From contig CP006868.1 in assembly GCA_025340205.1 (NCBI GenBank), forward strand, positions 1,470,001-1,502,000: 32,000 nt of DNA. Direction: 5' to 3'. Source of the DNA: Ignicoccus pacificus DSM 13166 (GTDB taxonomy: Archaea; Thermoproteota; Thermoprotei_A; Sulfolobales; Ignicoccaceae). Each line of letters opens with the position of its first letter. Position 1 is the first letter of the stretch. The notes under the pieces were generated by a model. That model had not been told where the DNA came from. It did not search any database and was given only the letters and a program-made list of their open reading frames with translations. Below are positions 8,408 through 17,907 of this stretch, piece after piece. The translations under genes and the position numbers were made by a program.

Positions 8408-8686
8408 TCACCTACGTCCCACTAAGTAGAGAGCGAGCAAAGCGGCGACGTAGTACAGCGCTCCTATCAACGTTCCAACGAGGGCAGCCGCTATCAAGGA
8501 CGCTATCAGATTGTAACCCGAGGCTATGTAAGCCAAGCTTAGCACTATTATGGACTCTGAAAATCCAAAAGCTCCCATGAGCTTAGGAAAGTCGCTCCAA
8601 CCGATGCACTCCTTCTCACTCGCAAAGGTCACCGTCGGCAAAAGCAATAGCATAGTAATGAGGAGGAACGCCTTGACCTTCCTCAT
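8408..8686 (-). CDS. Small membrane/exported protein with signal peptide, unknown function
   Basis: MRKVKAFLLITMLLLLPTVTFAS signal peptide followed by two hydrophobic segments; ATG behind GGAGAGGTGAG. Confidence 0.65.
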   Translation of the reverse strand: MRKVKAFLLITMLLLLPTVTFASEKECIGWSDFPKLMGAFGFSESIIVLSLAYIASGYNLIASLIAAALVGTLIGALYYVAALLALYLVGRR

Positions 8687-8744
8687 CGACTCACCTCTCC
8701 TAAAAGAGGATATGTGGGTATTAAAGGGCTGTATGGGACAACAC

Positions 8745-8753
8745 TTTTAAACC
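8745..8753 (+). promoter_or_regulatory. TATA box for tRNA-His
   Basis: TTTTAAACC, same 9-mer as the tRNA-Met promoter; 47 nt from box start to tRNA implies a short 5' leader. Confidence 0.5.
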
Positions 8754-8791
8754 TAATGTGAGCGTCCATGATGGGGCGCCGCCCGAAAGCC

Positions 8792-8891
8792 GGCCGCCGT
8801 AGCTCAGCTGGTTAGAGCGCGGGACTGTGGAGGCCCGGCTGAGGCCGCGGAGATCCCGAGGTCCCGGGTTCAAATCCCGGCGGCGGCCCCA
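8792..8891 (+). tRNA. tRNA-His (GUG), encoded G-1 and CCA, 22-nt intron at 8831-8852 (position 37/38)
   Basis: G-1, acceptor GCCGCCG/CGGCGGC, C73, CCA; anticodon stem CGGGA/TCCCG with loop CTGTGGA; T arm CCGGG TTCAAAT CCCGG. Intron AGGCCCGGCTGAGGCCGCGGAG forms a BHB: central CTGT/GCGG, inner GGCC/GGCC, bulges GG^A and AG^A. Confidence 0.94.
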
Positions 8892-8897
8892 CCACGC

Positions 8898-9953
8898 TTA
8901 CCCTACCTCAAGCGGGAACCTCAACATCGCGACCACGTCTCCTAACGCTTTGAGCCTCTCCCCAGCCTCGGTGTCCCTCGGAACGATTATCGCCTTACCT
9001 CCCATCTTCTCGACCGTCTCAACCAGCTCGACCGCCTTCCTCCTAACTTCCTCCTCTGGGTGATGGAGCAAGTAATCTGAAATGAGTAACGTATCGACTG
9101 CGTTAGCCTTCGCGGCGAACAGGCAGTCGTCCAGTCCATAGACCGCCAAGTTATCGTCCTTAGCTATATGCTTTATTACTTCTTCCAACACCTCGAGCGC
9201 CTTCAAGCTTTCGAGCTCCTTAGCTAAGGATGCTAAGGAACCCCTCCTCAAGGCCTCTAGCACTCCAGCCCTATCGCCGCTCGAGGCGCTGTCTACCTTA
9301 ACCTCGAGACCTCTTTTCCTCAGTTCCTCAGCCACCTTTTCCTTGAAGAACCCTGGACCTACCACGACTATCTGCTTCACATCCCTCTTCTTCAGCTCAC
9401 TCTCAACGTTCTTTACCAACTCGGTTACCCTCTGAGACGCTATTCTCTCCCTGTTTTCGTCCGCCTTACCGGGTATCCTCATACTTCCCTCGAAGACCCA
9501 CTCTATCCCTTGTCCCCTGACTATGGCTAAGCTATAATCATCGTAATCTACCGCTAACACCGCTATCTTAGGCTTCTTCTTGCTTAAACTCTCTATCTTC
9601 TTTACCAAGTCTTCTACTCCATTTTCTCTAATAAGTACAAGCTCTCTACCGGGGTAGACCTTTATCGCATGGTGAGACCCCTTCAAACCGAACCTTTCAG
9701 GTCCTTCAACTACTATTCCCTTCACCCTTATTACGTTGGTGAAGGGTTGGAACTCCGCTCCAGTTACCTTTATCGTCAAGATCATGGGAACCTTTTCCTT
9801 AGAGGAGCCAGCCGATATGCTTCTAACGGTCTTAGCTCTTAGCATATCCCCTTCTCTCAATATTGTGTAGAAGTCCCATAGGTCCTCCTCGTCCTCTATT
9901 CTCAGCCGCACCTCACCCTTACTCTCGTTTACCTCTAAGACCCTCATCTTCAT
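8898..9953 (-). CDS. pelA: Pelota / Dom34 mRNA surveillance protein
   Basis: MKMRVLEVNESKGEVRLRIEDEEDLWDFYTILREGDMLRAKTVR...; central and C-terminal eRF1-like domains (AVYGLDDCLFAAKANAVDTLLISDYLL). ORF track start at 10055 is probably too early. Confidence 0.94.
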   Translation of the reverse strand: MKMRVLEVNESKGEVRLRIEDEEDLWDFYTILREGDMLRAKTVRSISAGSSKEKVPMILTIKVTGAEFQPFTNVIRVKGIVVEGPERFGLKGSHHAIKVYPGRELVLIRENGVEDLVKKIESLSKKKPKIAVLAVDYDDYSLAIVRGQGIEWVFEGSMRIPGKADENRERIASQRVTELVKNVESELKKRDVKQIVVVGPGFFKEKVAEELRKRGLEVKVDSASSGDRAGVLEALRRGSLASLAKELESLKALEVLEEVIKHIAKDDNLAVYGLDDCLFAAKANAVDTLLISDYLLHHPEEEVRRKAVELVETVEKMGGKAIIVPRDTEAGERLKALGDVVAMLRFPLEVG

Positions 9954-10024
9954 TCTCCGGGGCGTAAGAGGAGCGCGCGTCATACTAAATACAATGCACG
10001 AGAAGCAAGTAGCGGGAAGAGTGC

Positions 10025-10921
10025 ATGGCGATAGGTCTCTGCCTAACATCCCCACCGGGAATGTGCGACGAGCTGACCGAAAGCTTGGGGCTGAAGAAGA
10101 TTAACGTGGAGAAGAAGAAGTTCCCCGACGGAGAGGTGTACGTTAGGATACCGGTTCCCGTGGCGGGAGAGGACGTGGTAATAGTTCACACGGGCTTTCC
10201 CGAGCAGAACGACAGGTTGATCGAAGTAATGTTAACAGTCGATGCGCTGAAGGACTTGGGTGCTGAGAACGTTACCTTGGTGATGCCATACATGCCTTAT
10301 GCCAGGCAAGACAGAAGGTTTAGGGAGGGCGAGCCCATATCTATAAAGACTGTATTGAAGACGTTATCCGCACTTGAGCTGGACAACCTAGTCGTGGTTA
10401 ACATACACAAAGAGTATTCCCTTCAGTACTTCGAGGGGACTTCGAAGAACGTGAACGCTTTGCCGTTCATAGCATCTAAAATAGAGAAGGGCAACGACTT
10501 GCTCGTCCTAGCTCCGGACAAGGGGGCTGTTCCTTATGCAAGAGAGGTCGCGATAGCCCTAGATGCCCCCTGGGATTACCTCGAGAAGTTCAGGGACAGG
10601 GTAACCGGAGAGGTCACAATAAAGCCGAAGGAGTTGGACGTGAAAGACAAGAGGGTCGTGGTAGTAGATGACATGGTATCCACTGGAGGAACTTTAGCCT
10701 TAGCCACGAGGGAGTTGATCAAGAGAGGGGCGAAGGAAGTAATAGCGGTAGTTGCCCACGCCCTTATGATAGGGGAGGCTGAGGAGAAGCTGAAGTCCAG
10801 CGGCCTGAAGAAGGTCTTGACTGGAAACACCTTAGCGAAAGAGTACAGCACGGACATAGTTGAGGTACACGATTTGTCTCCCTTGCTTTCGGAGGTATTA
10901 AAGGAGTTAGGGGTGGTTTAA
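10025..10921 (+). CDS. prs: Ribose-phosphate pyrophosphokinase (PRPP synthetase)
   Basis: KKFPDGEVYVRI, PYMPYARQDRRFREGEPIS, VVVVDDMVSTGGTLA. Confidence 0.97.
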   Translation: MAIGLCLTSPPGMCDELTESLGLKKINVEKKKFPDGEVYVRIPVPVAGEDVVIVHTGFPEQNDRLIEVMLTVDALKDLGAENVTLVMPYMPYARQDRRFREGEPISIKTVLKTLSALELDNLVVVNIHKEYSLQYFEGTSKNVNALPFIASKIEKGNDLLVLAPDKGAVPYAREVAIALDAPWDYLEKFRDRVTGEVTIKPKELDVKDKRVVVVDDMVSTGGTLALATRELIKRGAKEVIAVVAHALMIGEAEEKLKSSGLKKVLTGNTLAKEYSTDIVEVHDLSPLLSEVLKELGVV

Positions 10922-11428
10922 CCACCTCCCGATGGCTGAGGCTACCTCGTGAGCCATCCTTACCTCCTCGGGTAAAGGCTCTACCAAGGTCCTCTCCTCG
11001 ACGATTTTTCTAGCTTGGAAGAGATCCAAACCGTAAGAGGCTATACATATCCTCCCTTCTCTTCTTGGAAAGCATCTAACCCTCTCCAAGTACTTCTCGC
11101 TTATCCTAACGAACTCATCGTTTCCGTAGAGCTCCCTGGAGGCCTTGTAGGCTTTCCTTATATTGGGGACGTACTTACTCACAACTATTACTGGAGGCCC
11201 GAAGCCCTCCGGATCAACGTATCCTAGACCGCAGATAGTTATACTATCAATGATTATCAGGGATACATCTTCTAAGAGATTGGAAAGGGGTTCGGTTAAG
11301 TTTCCGGGGTCCTTCTTGAATATGCTTAATGATATAGAATCTATCTTGGGAGGCCATCCTTCCGTGATCAAGGTAACGACGGGGCACACCCTCTCGCTGA
11401 ACTTGCCGTCGTCAAAGGTACCCAACAA
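10907..11428 (-). CDS. DUF99 / UPF0215 family protein
   Basis: N-terminal LGTFDDGKF, ..IIDSITICGLGYVD.., C-terminal ..EPLPEEVRMAHEVASAIGRW matches the remembered family layout. Confidence 0.8.
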   Translation of the reverse strand: MLGTFDDGKFSERVCPVVTLITEGWPPKIDSISLSIFKKDPGNLTEPLSNLLEDVSLIIIDSITICGLGYVDPEGFGPPVIVVSKYVPNIRKAYKASRELYGNDEFVRISEKYLERVRCFPRREGRICIASYGLDLFQARKIVEERTLVEPLPEEVRMAHEVASAIGRWLNHP

Positions 11429-12626
11429 ACTCAGCTACCCTAGGATCCTTCGAGAGTCCTCTCAATATGGCGTTCCTATCACTTTCCACCGAAATCATCT
11501 TGGTCATTCCTCTCCTCCCCCTACTGACCACCTCTGAGCGTATGAGGCCTAACATGTCCAAGTCGCTTATCAAGTCACTTACCCTTCTTAGAGTCAGCGT
11601 TTCTATGCCTAGAAGCTCGGTATATTCCTTATACAGTTTGTATACCTCGCCGGTATAGGTGGCCCTATCCTCCTTGGTCAGTTTGAGTATTGACAGTAAT
11701 ATCAGCTTGTTGTGGAGGGGGAGGGACTGGACAACCTCCGTTACCCTGTCCTTCTCGATGTGTTCCCACGCCATCCTCACGTGTTCAATAGTGACCTTAG
11801 TTGCTCCTTCCCTCTCCGCCAGTTCTCCCGCGACCCTCAGAAGGTCTAGCGCCTTCCTAGCGTCTCCCCTCTCCCTGGCAGCCATGGCAGCACAGAGCTG
11901 GATTACACCTTCCTCGAGTACCCCCTCGTAGAAGGCTTCTACGGCCCTCTCCTTCAGTATGTCCTCGAGCTGGCTGGCCGTGTAAGGAGGGAAGACGAGC
12001 TCCTCTTCGCTGAGAGAGCTCTTCACCCTCGGATCGAGCCAACTAGTGAAGTTTATGTCGTTGGTTATTCCTATTAAAGACATCTTCGAGTACTTGAGTT
12101 CCTCGTTTATTCTGGTGAGTTTGTAGAGCAAGTCGTCCCCGTGTCTCTTGACGTGATAGTCTATCTCGTCCAACACGGCGATAAATATTATTTCTCTTTT
12201 GTCCAAGAATTTCTTAAACCTTGAGTACAGGTGGGACGTCGCTACCCCACTAGGAGGGACCCTTAGGCCTATGTCTTCGCTGAGCTTGGCGAGTATCCTA
12301 TAAGCTGTATCGTCCCTTTTGGTATTAACGAAGCTTATCTTGAGCCTTATCCCCTTACTTCTTGCCTTCTCCTCTAACTTCCTCGTAACCAGCTTCACTA
12401 CAGCTGTCTTACCGGTTCCGGTTAATCCGTAAATGAATAAGTTGTTGGGTCTGTAGCCCTTAAGCGCTTGCGCTAACACGCTCGCCACCTTCCTTATCTG
12501 CTGCTCTCTGTGCGGTAGCCTCCCCGGCAAGTAGTCCGGCATCAATACGTCCCTATTCTTGAATATCTTCGACTTAGCCACCCTCTCGAAGACGTCCTCC
12601 AGTAGTTCGTCTAGGTCGGCGGACAG
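11412..12626 (-). CDS. cdc6: Orc1/Cdc6 replication initiator (proposed CTG start at 12626; the ORF track starts at GTG 12581)
   Basis: Walker A GLTGTGKT, Walker B IAVLDEID, sensor 1 GITNDI, winged helix. Frame extends upstream as LSADLDELLEDVFERVAKSKIFKNRDVLMPDYLPGRLPHREQQI, with GAGGTGA 6 nt before CTG. Confidence 0.9.
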   Translation of the reverse strand: MSADLDELLEDVFERVAKSKIFKNRDVLMPDYLPGRLPHREQQIRKVASVLAQALKGYRPNNLFIYGLTGTGKTAVVKLVTRKLEEKARSKGIRLKISFVNTKRDDTAYRILAKLSEDIGLRVPPSGVATSHLYSRFKKFLDKREIIFIAVLDEIDYHVKRHGDDLLYKLTRINEELKYSKMSLIGITNDINFTSWLDPRVKSSLSEEELVFPPYTASQLEDILKERAVEAFYEGVLEEGVIQLCAAMAARERGDARKALDLLRVAGELAEREGATKVTIEHVRMAWEHIEKDRVTEVVQSLPLHNKLILLSILKLTKEDRATYTGEVYKLYKEYTELLGIETLTLRRVSDLISDLDMLGLIRSEVVSRGRRGMTKMISVESDRNAILRGLSKDPRVAEFVGYL

Positions 12627-12656
12627 CGCTCGTCACCTCTCTGTTAAACTATAGCT

Positions 12657-12673
12657 CCCCTCGTTTAAACTGG
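12657..12673. promoter_or_regulatory. ORB-like element overlapping the cdc6 TATA-like box
   Basis: Reverse complement CCAGTTTAAACGAGGGG resembles the mini-ORB core CCAGTGGAAAC(N)GGGG; located 31 nt upstream of the proposed cdc6 start. Confidence 0.4.
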
Positions 12674-12761
12674 GGGGAAGGAGCGAGATACCGGATCATG
12701 ACCGGATTGGTGGTCAGTGCTTTAATATTCCCCTACCGCCCGTCCCCTATCGGGTTCCTTA

Positions 12762-15434
12762 ATGCAGCGATTTCGACTCAAGTCTCAACGCATTGATAAG
12801 ATAATTAAGGAAATACAGTTCGGCATACTTTCGCCTGAAGAGATAAGGAAGATGGCCGTAGTGGCGATCGTCAGCGACAGAGCCTACGACGAAGCGGGAT
12901 TGCCGATAGAAGGAGGAATAATGGATCCCCGTCTCGGAGCGATAGGTCCCGGTCAGAAGTGTCCCACTTGTGGAAATACCATGCACAATTGCCCCGGTCA
13001 CTTCGGTTACATCGAGCTCGCCAAGCCCGTAATCCACTACGTGTTCGTGCCCTACATCCACGACGCTCTAAGGGCCACTTGTAGGGTTTGTGGAAAGGTA
13101 AAGCTCCCCGAAGATGAAATAGAGAGTTATTTGGACTTATATGAGAAATTGGAGAAGAAGTGGCCGTTGCACGCTAAGAGGGTAATAGCTTACGTCAAGA
13201 AGAAGGCAGCCAAGGTTCAACAGTGCCCCCACTGTGGAGCCAAGCAGTACAAGATCAGATTGGAGAAGCCCTACAAGTTCTTGGAAGAGAGGCAGACCAT
13301 GGTGGTGCAACTAACCCCAGCTGACGTTAGACAGAGGTTGGAGATGATTCCAGATAAGCACGCGAGGGTCCTTGGATTCGACGTCAAGAACGCTAGGCCG
13401 GAATGGATGGTCCTAACGGTCCTCCCGGTGCCTCCGATCTCCGTGAGACCCTCCATTATACTCGAGAGCGGTACTAGGTCTGAGGACGACCTAACCCACA
13501 AGATAGCAGACATAGTTAGGATAAACAACAAGCTGAGGGAGAACATAGAGAGCGGTGCATCCGAGGCGATGATAGAGAGCTTGTGGGACTTACTTCAGTA
13601 CCACGTGGCCACCTTCTTCGATAACGAGATACCCGGAATACCTCCGGCCAAGCACAGATCCGGGAAGCCTCTTAGGACCTTGGCACAGAGGCTCAAGGGT
13701 AAGGAGGGTAGGTTCAGAGCGAACCTATCCGGTAAGAGAGTGGACTTCTCCGCGAGAACTGTAATCTCCCCAGATCCCAACATATCCATCAACGAGGTAG
13801 GAGTGCCCGTCGAGGTAGCCAAGATCCTAACGGTCCCGGTAAGGGTGACCCCTTGGAACATCGAGGAGATGAGACAGCTCGTAATCAACGGCCCCGATAA
13901 GTGGCCTGGAGCGAACTACATCATAACTCCTCAAGGAATGAGGATTGACCTTAAGTTCGGAAAGGATAGGAAGAAGATAGCGGAGAGCATCCAGCCCGGC
14001 TACATCATCGAGAGGCACTTACAAGACGGAGACATAGTCCTCTTCAACAGACAGCCCTCGCTTCACAGAATGAGCATCATGGCCCACAAGGTGAAGGTTC
14101 TACCTGGAAGGACCTTCAGGCTCAACCCCTTGGTATGTCCTCCCTACAACGCAGACTTCGATGGAGACGAGATGAACTTGCACGTCCCTCAGAGTGAGGA
14201 GGCTAGAGCGGAAGCGAAGGAGCTAATGCTCGTGGAGAAGCACATCTTAAGCCCGAGATACGGAGGACCCATAATCGGAGGTCTGCAAGACTACATCTCT
14301 GGCGCTTACCTAATGACCACCATAGCTACCCTCCTCACCGACAAGGACGTGGCCGAGCTGGTAGGAGTTACCGGTTACGACGGAGAGCTCCCCGAGCCCG
14401 CCTTCCTAAGTCCTAAGAAGAGGTGGACTGGAAAGCAGCTCTTCTCCATATTCTTACCCAAGGACTTCAACTACTCTGGAAAGGCGAACATAGCTACGGG
14501 AGAGCTGAAGTGTGACGACGAGTACTGCTTCCACGACTCCTTCGTGGTAGTGAGGAACGGAGAGCTGGTACAAGGAGTTCTGGACAAGAAGTCCATAGGT
14601 CACGAGCAGCCCAAGAGCCTCATGCACTGGATAGTCTACGAGTACGGACCTAGCAAGGGAAGGGAGATCTATGACACTGCCTTCAAGATGTTCCTAAGGT
14701 ACATCGAGAAGAGAGGATTCACCACCAGGTACGACGACGTGAGGCTTCCGGAGGAGGCCAAGAAGGAGATACAGCAAGTCATCGAAGAGGCCTACAAGGA
14801 AGTAGAGAAGCTAATCGAGGACTACAAGAACGGCTTGCTGGAGCCCTTGCCCGGAAGGACCTTAGAGGAGACCTTAGAGCTCATGATAATGGACGTTCTA
14901 GCCAAGGCGAGAGACAAAGCCGGAGAGATAGCAGCCAAGCACCTAAGCCCGTTGAACAACGCGGTCATAATGGCAAGGGCCGGAGCGAGGGGTAACATAC
15001 TCAACTTGACTCAGATGGCTGCCTTGCTAGGCCAGCAATCGGTCAGAGGAGAGAGAATCAAGAGAGGATATCGTAAGAGAACGTTACCCCACTTCAAGTG
15101 GGGTGACATAAGCCCTGACGCGAGAGGATTCGTGAAGCACTCCTTCTACGAAGGATTGAGTCCCACTGAGGTGTTCTTCCACGCGGCCGGTGGTAGAGAG
15201 GGTCTGGTGGATACAGCGGTAAGGACCAGCCAGTCCGGATACATGCAGAGGAGGCTCATCAACGCCCTCCAAGACTTGAGGGTGGACTACGACGGAACGG
15301 TGAGGGGAATGAAGGGAGCGCTACACCAGAACGTATATGGAGACGACGGAGTAGACCCGATGAGGAGCGTGCACGGTAAGTCCGTGGACGTGGATCACGT
15401 AATTGAGAAGATAACCAGGGTGAGGCTAGAATGA
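12762..15434 (+). CDS. rpoA1: DNA-directed RNA polymerase subunit A' (Rpo1N)
   Basis: [15 protein letters not shown] active site, [71 protein letters not shown]. Confidence 0.99.
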   Translation: MQRFRLKSQRIDKIIKEIQFGILSPEEIRKMAVVAIVSDRAYDEAGLPIEGGIMDPRLGAIGPGQKCPTCGNTMHNCPGHFGYIELAKPVIHYVFVPYIHDALRATCRVCGKVKLPEDEIESYLDLYEKLEKKWPLHAKRVIAYVKKKAAKVQQCPHCGAKQYKIRLEKPYKFLEERQTMVVQLTPADVRQRLEMIPDKHARVLGFDVKNARPEWMVLTVLPVPPISVRPSIILESGTRSEDDLTHKIADIVRINNKLRENIESGASEAMIESLWDLLQYHVATFFDNEIPGIPPAKHRSGKPLRTLAQRLKGKEGRFRANLSGKRVDFSARTVISPDPNISINEVGVPVEVAKILTVPVRVTPWNIEEMRQLVINGPDKWPGANYIITPQGMRIDLKFGKDRKKIAESIQPGYIIERHLQDGDIVLFNRQPSLHRMSIMAHKVKVLPGRTFRLNPLVCPPYNADFDGDEMNLHVPQSEEARAEAKELMLVEKHILSPRYGGPIIGGLQDYISGAYLMTTIATLLTDKDVAELVGVTGYDGELPEPAFLSPKKRWTGKQLFSIFLPKDFNYSGKANIATGELKCDDEYCFHDSFVVVRNGELVQGVLDKKSIGHEQPKSLMHWIVYEYGPSKGREIYDTAFKMFLRYIEKRGFTTRYDDVRLPEEAKKEIQQVIEEAYKEVEKLIEDYKNGLLEPLPGRTLEETLELMIMDVLAKARDKAGEIAAKHLSPLNNAVIMARAGARGNILNLTQMAALLGQQSVRGERIKRGYRKRTLPHFKWGDISPDARGFVKHSFYEGLSPTEVFFHAAGGREGLVDTAVRTSQSGYMQRRLINALQDLRVDYDGTVRGMKGALHQNVYGDDGVDPMRSVHGKSVDVDHVIEKITRVRLE

Positions 15435-16702
15435 GTGCCCAGCTACACAACCTCATAGATCAGTTGGTTGACGAGTACGAGAAGGCTCTCAGAGAGGACT
15501 TTAGGGTAAAGTGCAAGCCGACGTTCCTGACGGAGCTCAAAGAGAAGTTACACAAGCTGTTAGAGGTAAGACCAGAGACAACCGAGGAGGAGATAAGGAG
15601 GATCATCGATCTGAGCGTGAAGTACTACTTGAGAGCATTGGTCGAGCCAGGAGAAGCGGTAGGAACGGTAGCGGCACAGTCCATAGGAGAGCCTTCAACA
15701 CAAATGACCCTGAGAACCTTCCACTACGCGGGAGTCAAGGAGTTTAACGTAACTCTAGGTCTTCCGAGGCTCATAGAGATAGTGGACGCCAGGAAGACCC
15801 CTAGCACTCCAATGATGACCATCTATTTGGAGGAAGAGTACAGACACGACAAGGAGAAGGCCCTAGAAGTAGCGAGGAAGATAGAGATGACTAAAGTAGA
15901 GAACGTGGCCTCAACTGTCGAGATTGATTGGTACGAAAGCGCAATTATAATAAGGCTGGATCCGGAGATGCTCGAGGACAAGGGAGTAACGAGAGACGAT
16001 GTAATTAGGGTAATAAACAAATCTAGGATAAAGGGTAAGGCCGAGCCCGACCCCGAGGACGAGTATACGGTAATAGTCAGATTGGACGCAGACGCCTACG
16101 CCGGAATAGGTGAGATCCAAAAGATAAAGGACAAGATACTCGGATTGAGAATAAAGGGAATAAAGGACATAAAGAGGGTCATAGTACAACAAAGAGAAGG
16201 CGAGTTCGTCCTCGTAACCGACGGATCCAACCTCTCCCAAGTCCTAAACGTCGAAGGCGTAGACCCAACGAGAACGATAACAAACAACATCAAGGAGATA
16301 GAGGAGGTTCTAGGAATAGAAGCCGCTAGAGAAGCAATAATAAGGGAAGTGTTGGATGTGCTCGAGAACCAAGGTCTTGACGTCGACAGAAGGCACATCA
16401 CCTTGCTGGCAGACACTATGACATGGAGCGGAGAGGTAAGACAAGTGGGAAGACACGGAATAGCCGGCACTAAGCCGAGCGTTCTAGCTAGAGCGGCGTT
16501 CGAGGTAACGGTAAAGCAGCTGGCAGAGGCCGCCGTGGCCGGAGAGGTGGACGAGCTCAGCGGCGTTACCGAGAACATAATAGTAGGACAGCCCATACCT
16601 CTCGGAACCGGAATGGTAACCTTACTAATGAACCCGCAAGCTCTTGCCAAGAAATCGGTTAAAACGGAGCCTCAAAGGGTGGCTGGGGGTGAGCAGAGCT
16701 GA
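15431..16702 (+). CDS. rpoA2: DNA-directed RNA polymerase subunit A'' (Rpo1C)
   Basis: [29 protein letters not shown].., [36 protein letters not shown]. Confidence 0.99.
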   Translation: MSAQLHNLIDQLVDEYEKALREDFRVKCKPTFLTELKEKLHKLLEVRPETTEEEIRRIIDLSVKYYLRALVEPGEAVGTVAAQSIGEPSTQMTLRTFHYAGVKEFNVTLGLPRLIEIVDARKTPSTPMMTIYLEEEYRHDKEKALEVARKIEMTKVENVASTVEIDWYESAIIIRLDPEMLEDKGVTRDDVIRVINKSRIKGKAEPDPEDEYTVIVRLDADAYAGIGEIQKIKDKILGLRIKGIKDIKRVIVQQREGEFVLVTDGSNLSQVLNVEGVDPTRTITNNIKEIEEVLGIEAAREAIIREVLDVLENQGLDVDRRHITLLADTMTWSGEVRQVGRHGIAGTKPSVLARAAFEVTVKQLAEAAVAGEVDELSGVTENIIVGQPIPLGTGMVTLLMNPQALAKKSVKTEPQRVAGGEQS

Positions 16703-16719
16703 CGGCAGTTGAACCCGAG

Positions 16720-17019
16720 TTGAAGGCAGCCCTCAGAACGGGCGTCGTGAAGCTAGGAGCCAAGCAAACCATAAAGCTACTCAAGCTAGGAAAGGCTAAG
16801 GCAGCGATAGTGGCGAGGAACGCTCCCAGGGAGATAAGGAGGGACGTGCTGTACTACGCAAGGCTGAGCGGCATCCCGGTGTACATCTATCCAGGAACTA
16901 GCAGAGAGCTGGGAACGCTGTGCGCCAAGCCCTTCGTGGTCAGCGCCTTGGCGGTCATAGATGAGGGCGATTCAAAAATAGTGGAAGCAATAAAGAGCGA
17001 GGCTGGTGAGAATGCCTAA
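16720..17019 (+). CDS. rpl30e: 50S ribosomal protein eL30
   Basis: GVVKLGAKQTIKLLKLGKAKAAIVARNAP; conserved position between rpoA2 and nusA. Confidence 0.93.
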   Translation: MKAALRTGVVKLGAKQTIKLLKLGKAKAAIVARNAPREIRRDVLYYARLSGIPVYIYPGTSRELGTLCAKPFVVSALAVIDEGDSKIVEAIKSEAGENA

Positions 17020-17443
17020 CGTGGTCCTAACTCCAGAGGAGTTCAGATACATGCAAGTCTTCCACCAACTGACCGGAGTAATGCCGATAGACTGCATAGT
17101 GGACAACGAGCACGACAGGATAATATTCCTAGTAAAGGCTGAGGAAGTGGGAAAGGCCATAGGAAAGAGGGGATCCAAGGTCAGGTACCTAAGGGAGGCG
17201 TTCAAGAAGAACGTTGAGATCGTTGGTTACAGTGACAAGTTAGAGGAGATGGTTGCGAACGCCCTAGCTCCCGCCAAGGTACAGAACGTGAGGCTCGTGA
17301 AGACTCCTAAGGGTAAGGTAGTATACGCTAAGGTCGATCCTAGGTTTAAGGGAGTTGCTATTGGTAAGGAAGGGAGAAACGTCAGCAAGGCTCGACTAAT
17401 CCTTAAAAGACACTTCGATGTGGACTCCCTCGTGGTGGTCTAA
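17006..17443 (+). CDS. nusA: NusA-like KH-domain transcription factor
   Basis: KH motifs VGKAIGKRGSKVR and KGVAIGKEGRNVSKARLILKRHF. Confidence 0.95.
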   Translation: MRMPNVVLTPEEFRYMQVFHQLTGVMPIDCIVDNEHDRIIFLVKAEEVGKAIGKRGSKVRYLREAFKKNVEIVGYSDKLEEMVANALAPAKVQNVRLVKTPKGKVVYAKVDPRFKGVAIGKEGRNVSKARLILKRHFDVDSLVVV

Positions 17444-17457
17444 GGGGGTGAGCAAGG

Positions 17458-17901
17458 ATGCCCGGTAAGAAGGCGCCTAACGGATTGTTCGCCGCTAGGA
17501 AGCTCAAGAGGAAGAGACTCAAGTTCAGGTGGAGTCAAAGGGAGTTCAAGAGAAGAATGCTAAAGCTCAAGGAGAAGTATGACCCTCTAGAAGGAGCCCC
17601 TATGGCTAGAGGAATAGTGCTAGAGAAGGTCGGAGTCGAGGCAAGAAAGCCCAACTCAGCAATAAGAAAGTGTGTGAGGGTGCAACTCGTCAAGAACGGT
17701 AAGGTAGTTACCGCCTTCGTCCCCGGAGACGGCGGTCTGAACGTCATCTCCGAGCACGACGAAGTAGTGATAGTGGGAATAGGAGGTCCCAGAGGAAGGT
17801 CGATGGGTGACATACCCGGAGTGAGGTACAAGGTCGTCCTGGTAAACGGAGTGGCTCTCGACGCGGTGCTAAGAGGAAAGAAGCAGAAGCCGGTAAGGTA
17901 A
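17458..17901 (+). CDS. rps12: 30S ribosomal protein uS12
   Basis: [32 protein letters not shown]...[11 protein letters not shown]. Confidence 0.98.
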   Translation: MPGKKAPNGLFAARKLKRKRLKFRWSQREFKRRMLKLKEKYDPLEGAPMARGIVLEKVGVEARKPNSAIRKCVRVQLVKNGKVVTAFVPGDGGLNVISEHDEVVIVGIGGPRGRSMGDIPGVRYKVVLVNGVALDAVLRGKKQKPVR

Positions 17902-17907
17902 AACCTT

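Noticed and set aside
12759-15456. Multiple antisense ORFs across rpoA1 (e.g. 12759-13061, 13271-13546, 13595-13888, 15084-15272)
   Set aside because: All opposite the clear RNAP A' frame; no recognisable motifs.
16096-16650. 184-aa antisense ORF within rpoA2
   Set aside because: Shadow of a strongly conserved coding frame on the other strand; Ser/Pro/Leu-rich composition typical of antisense translation.
16720-17019. Possible longer eL30 start
   Set aside because: The in-frame TGA of the rpoA2 boundary lies upstream and no canonical start occurs before TTG 16720.
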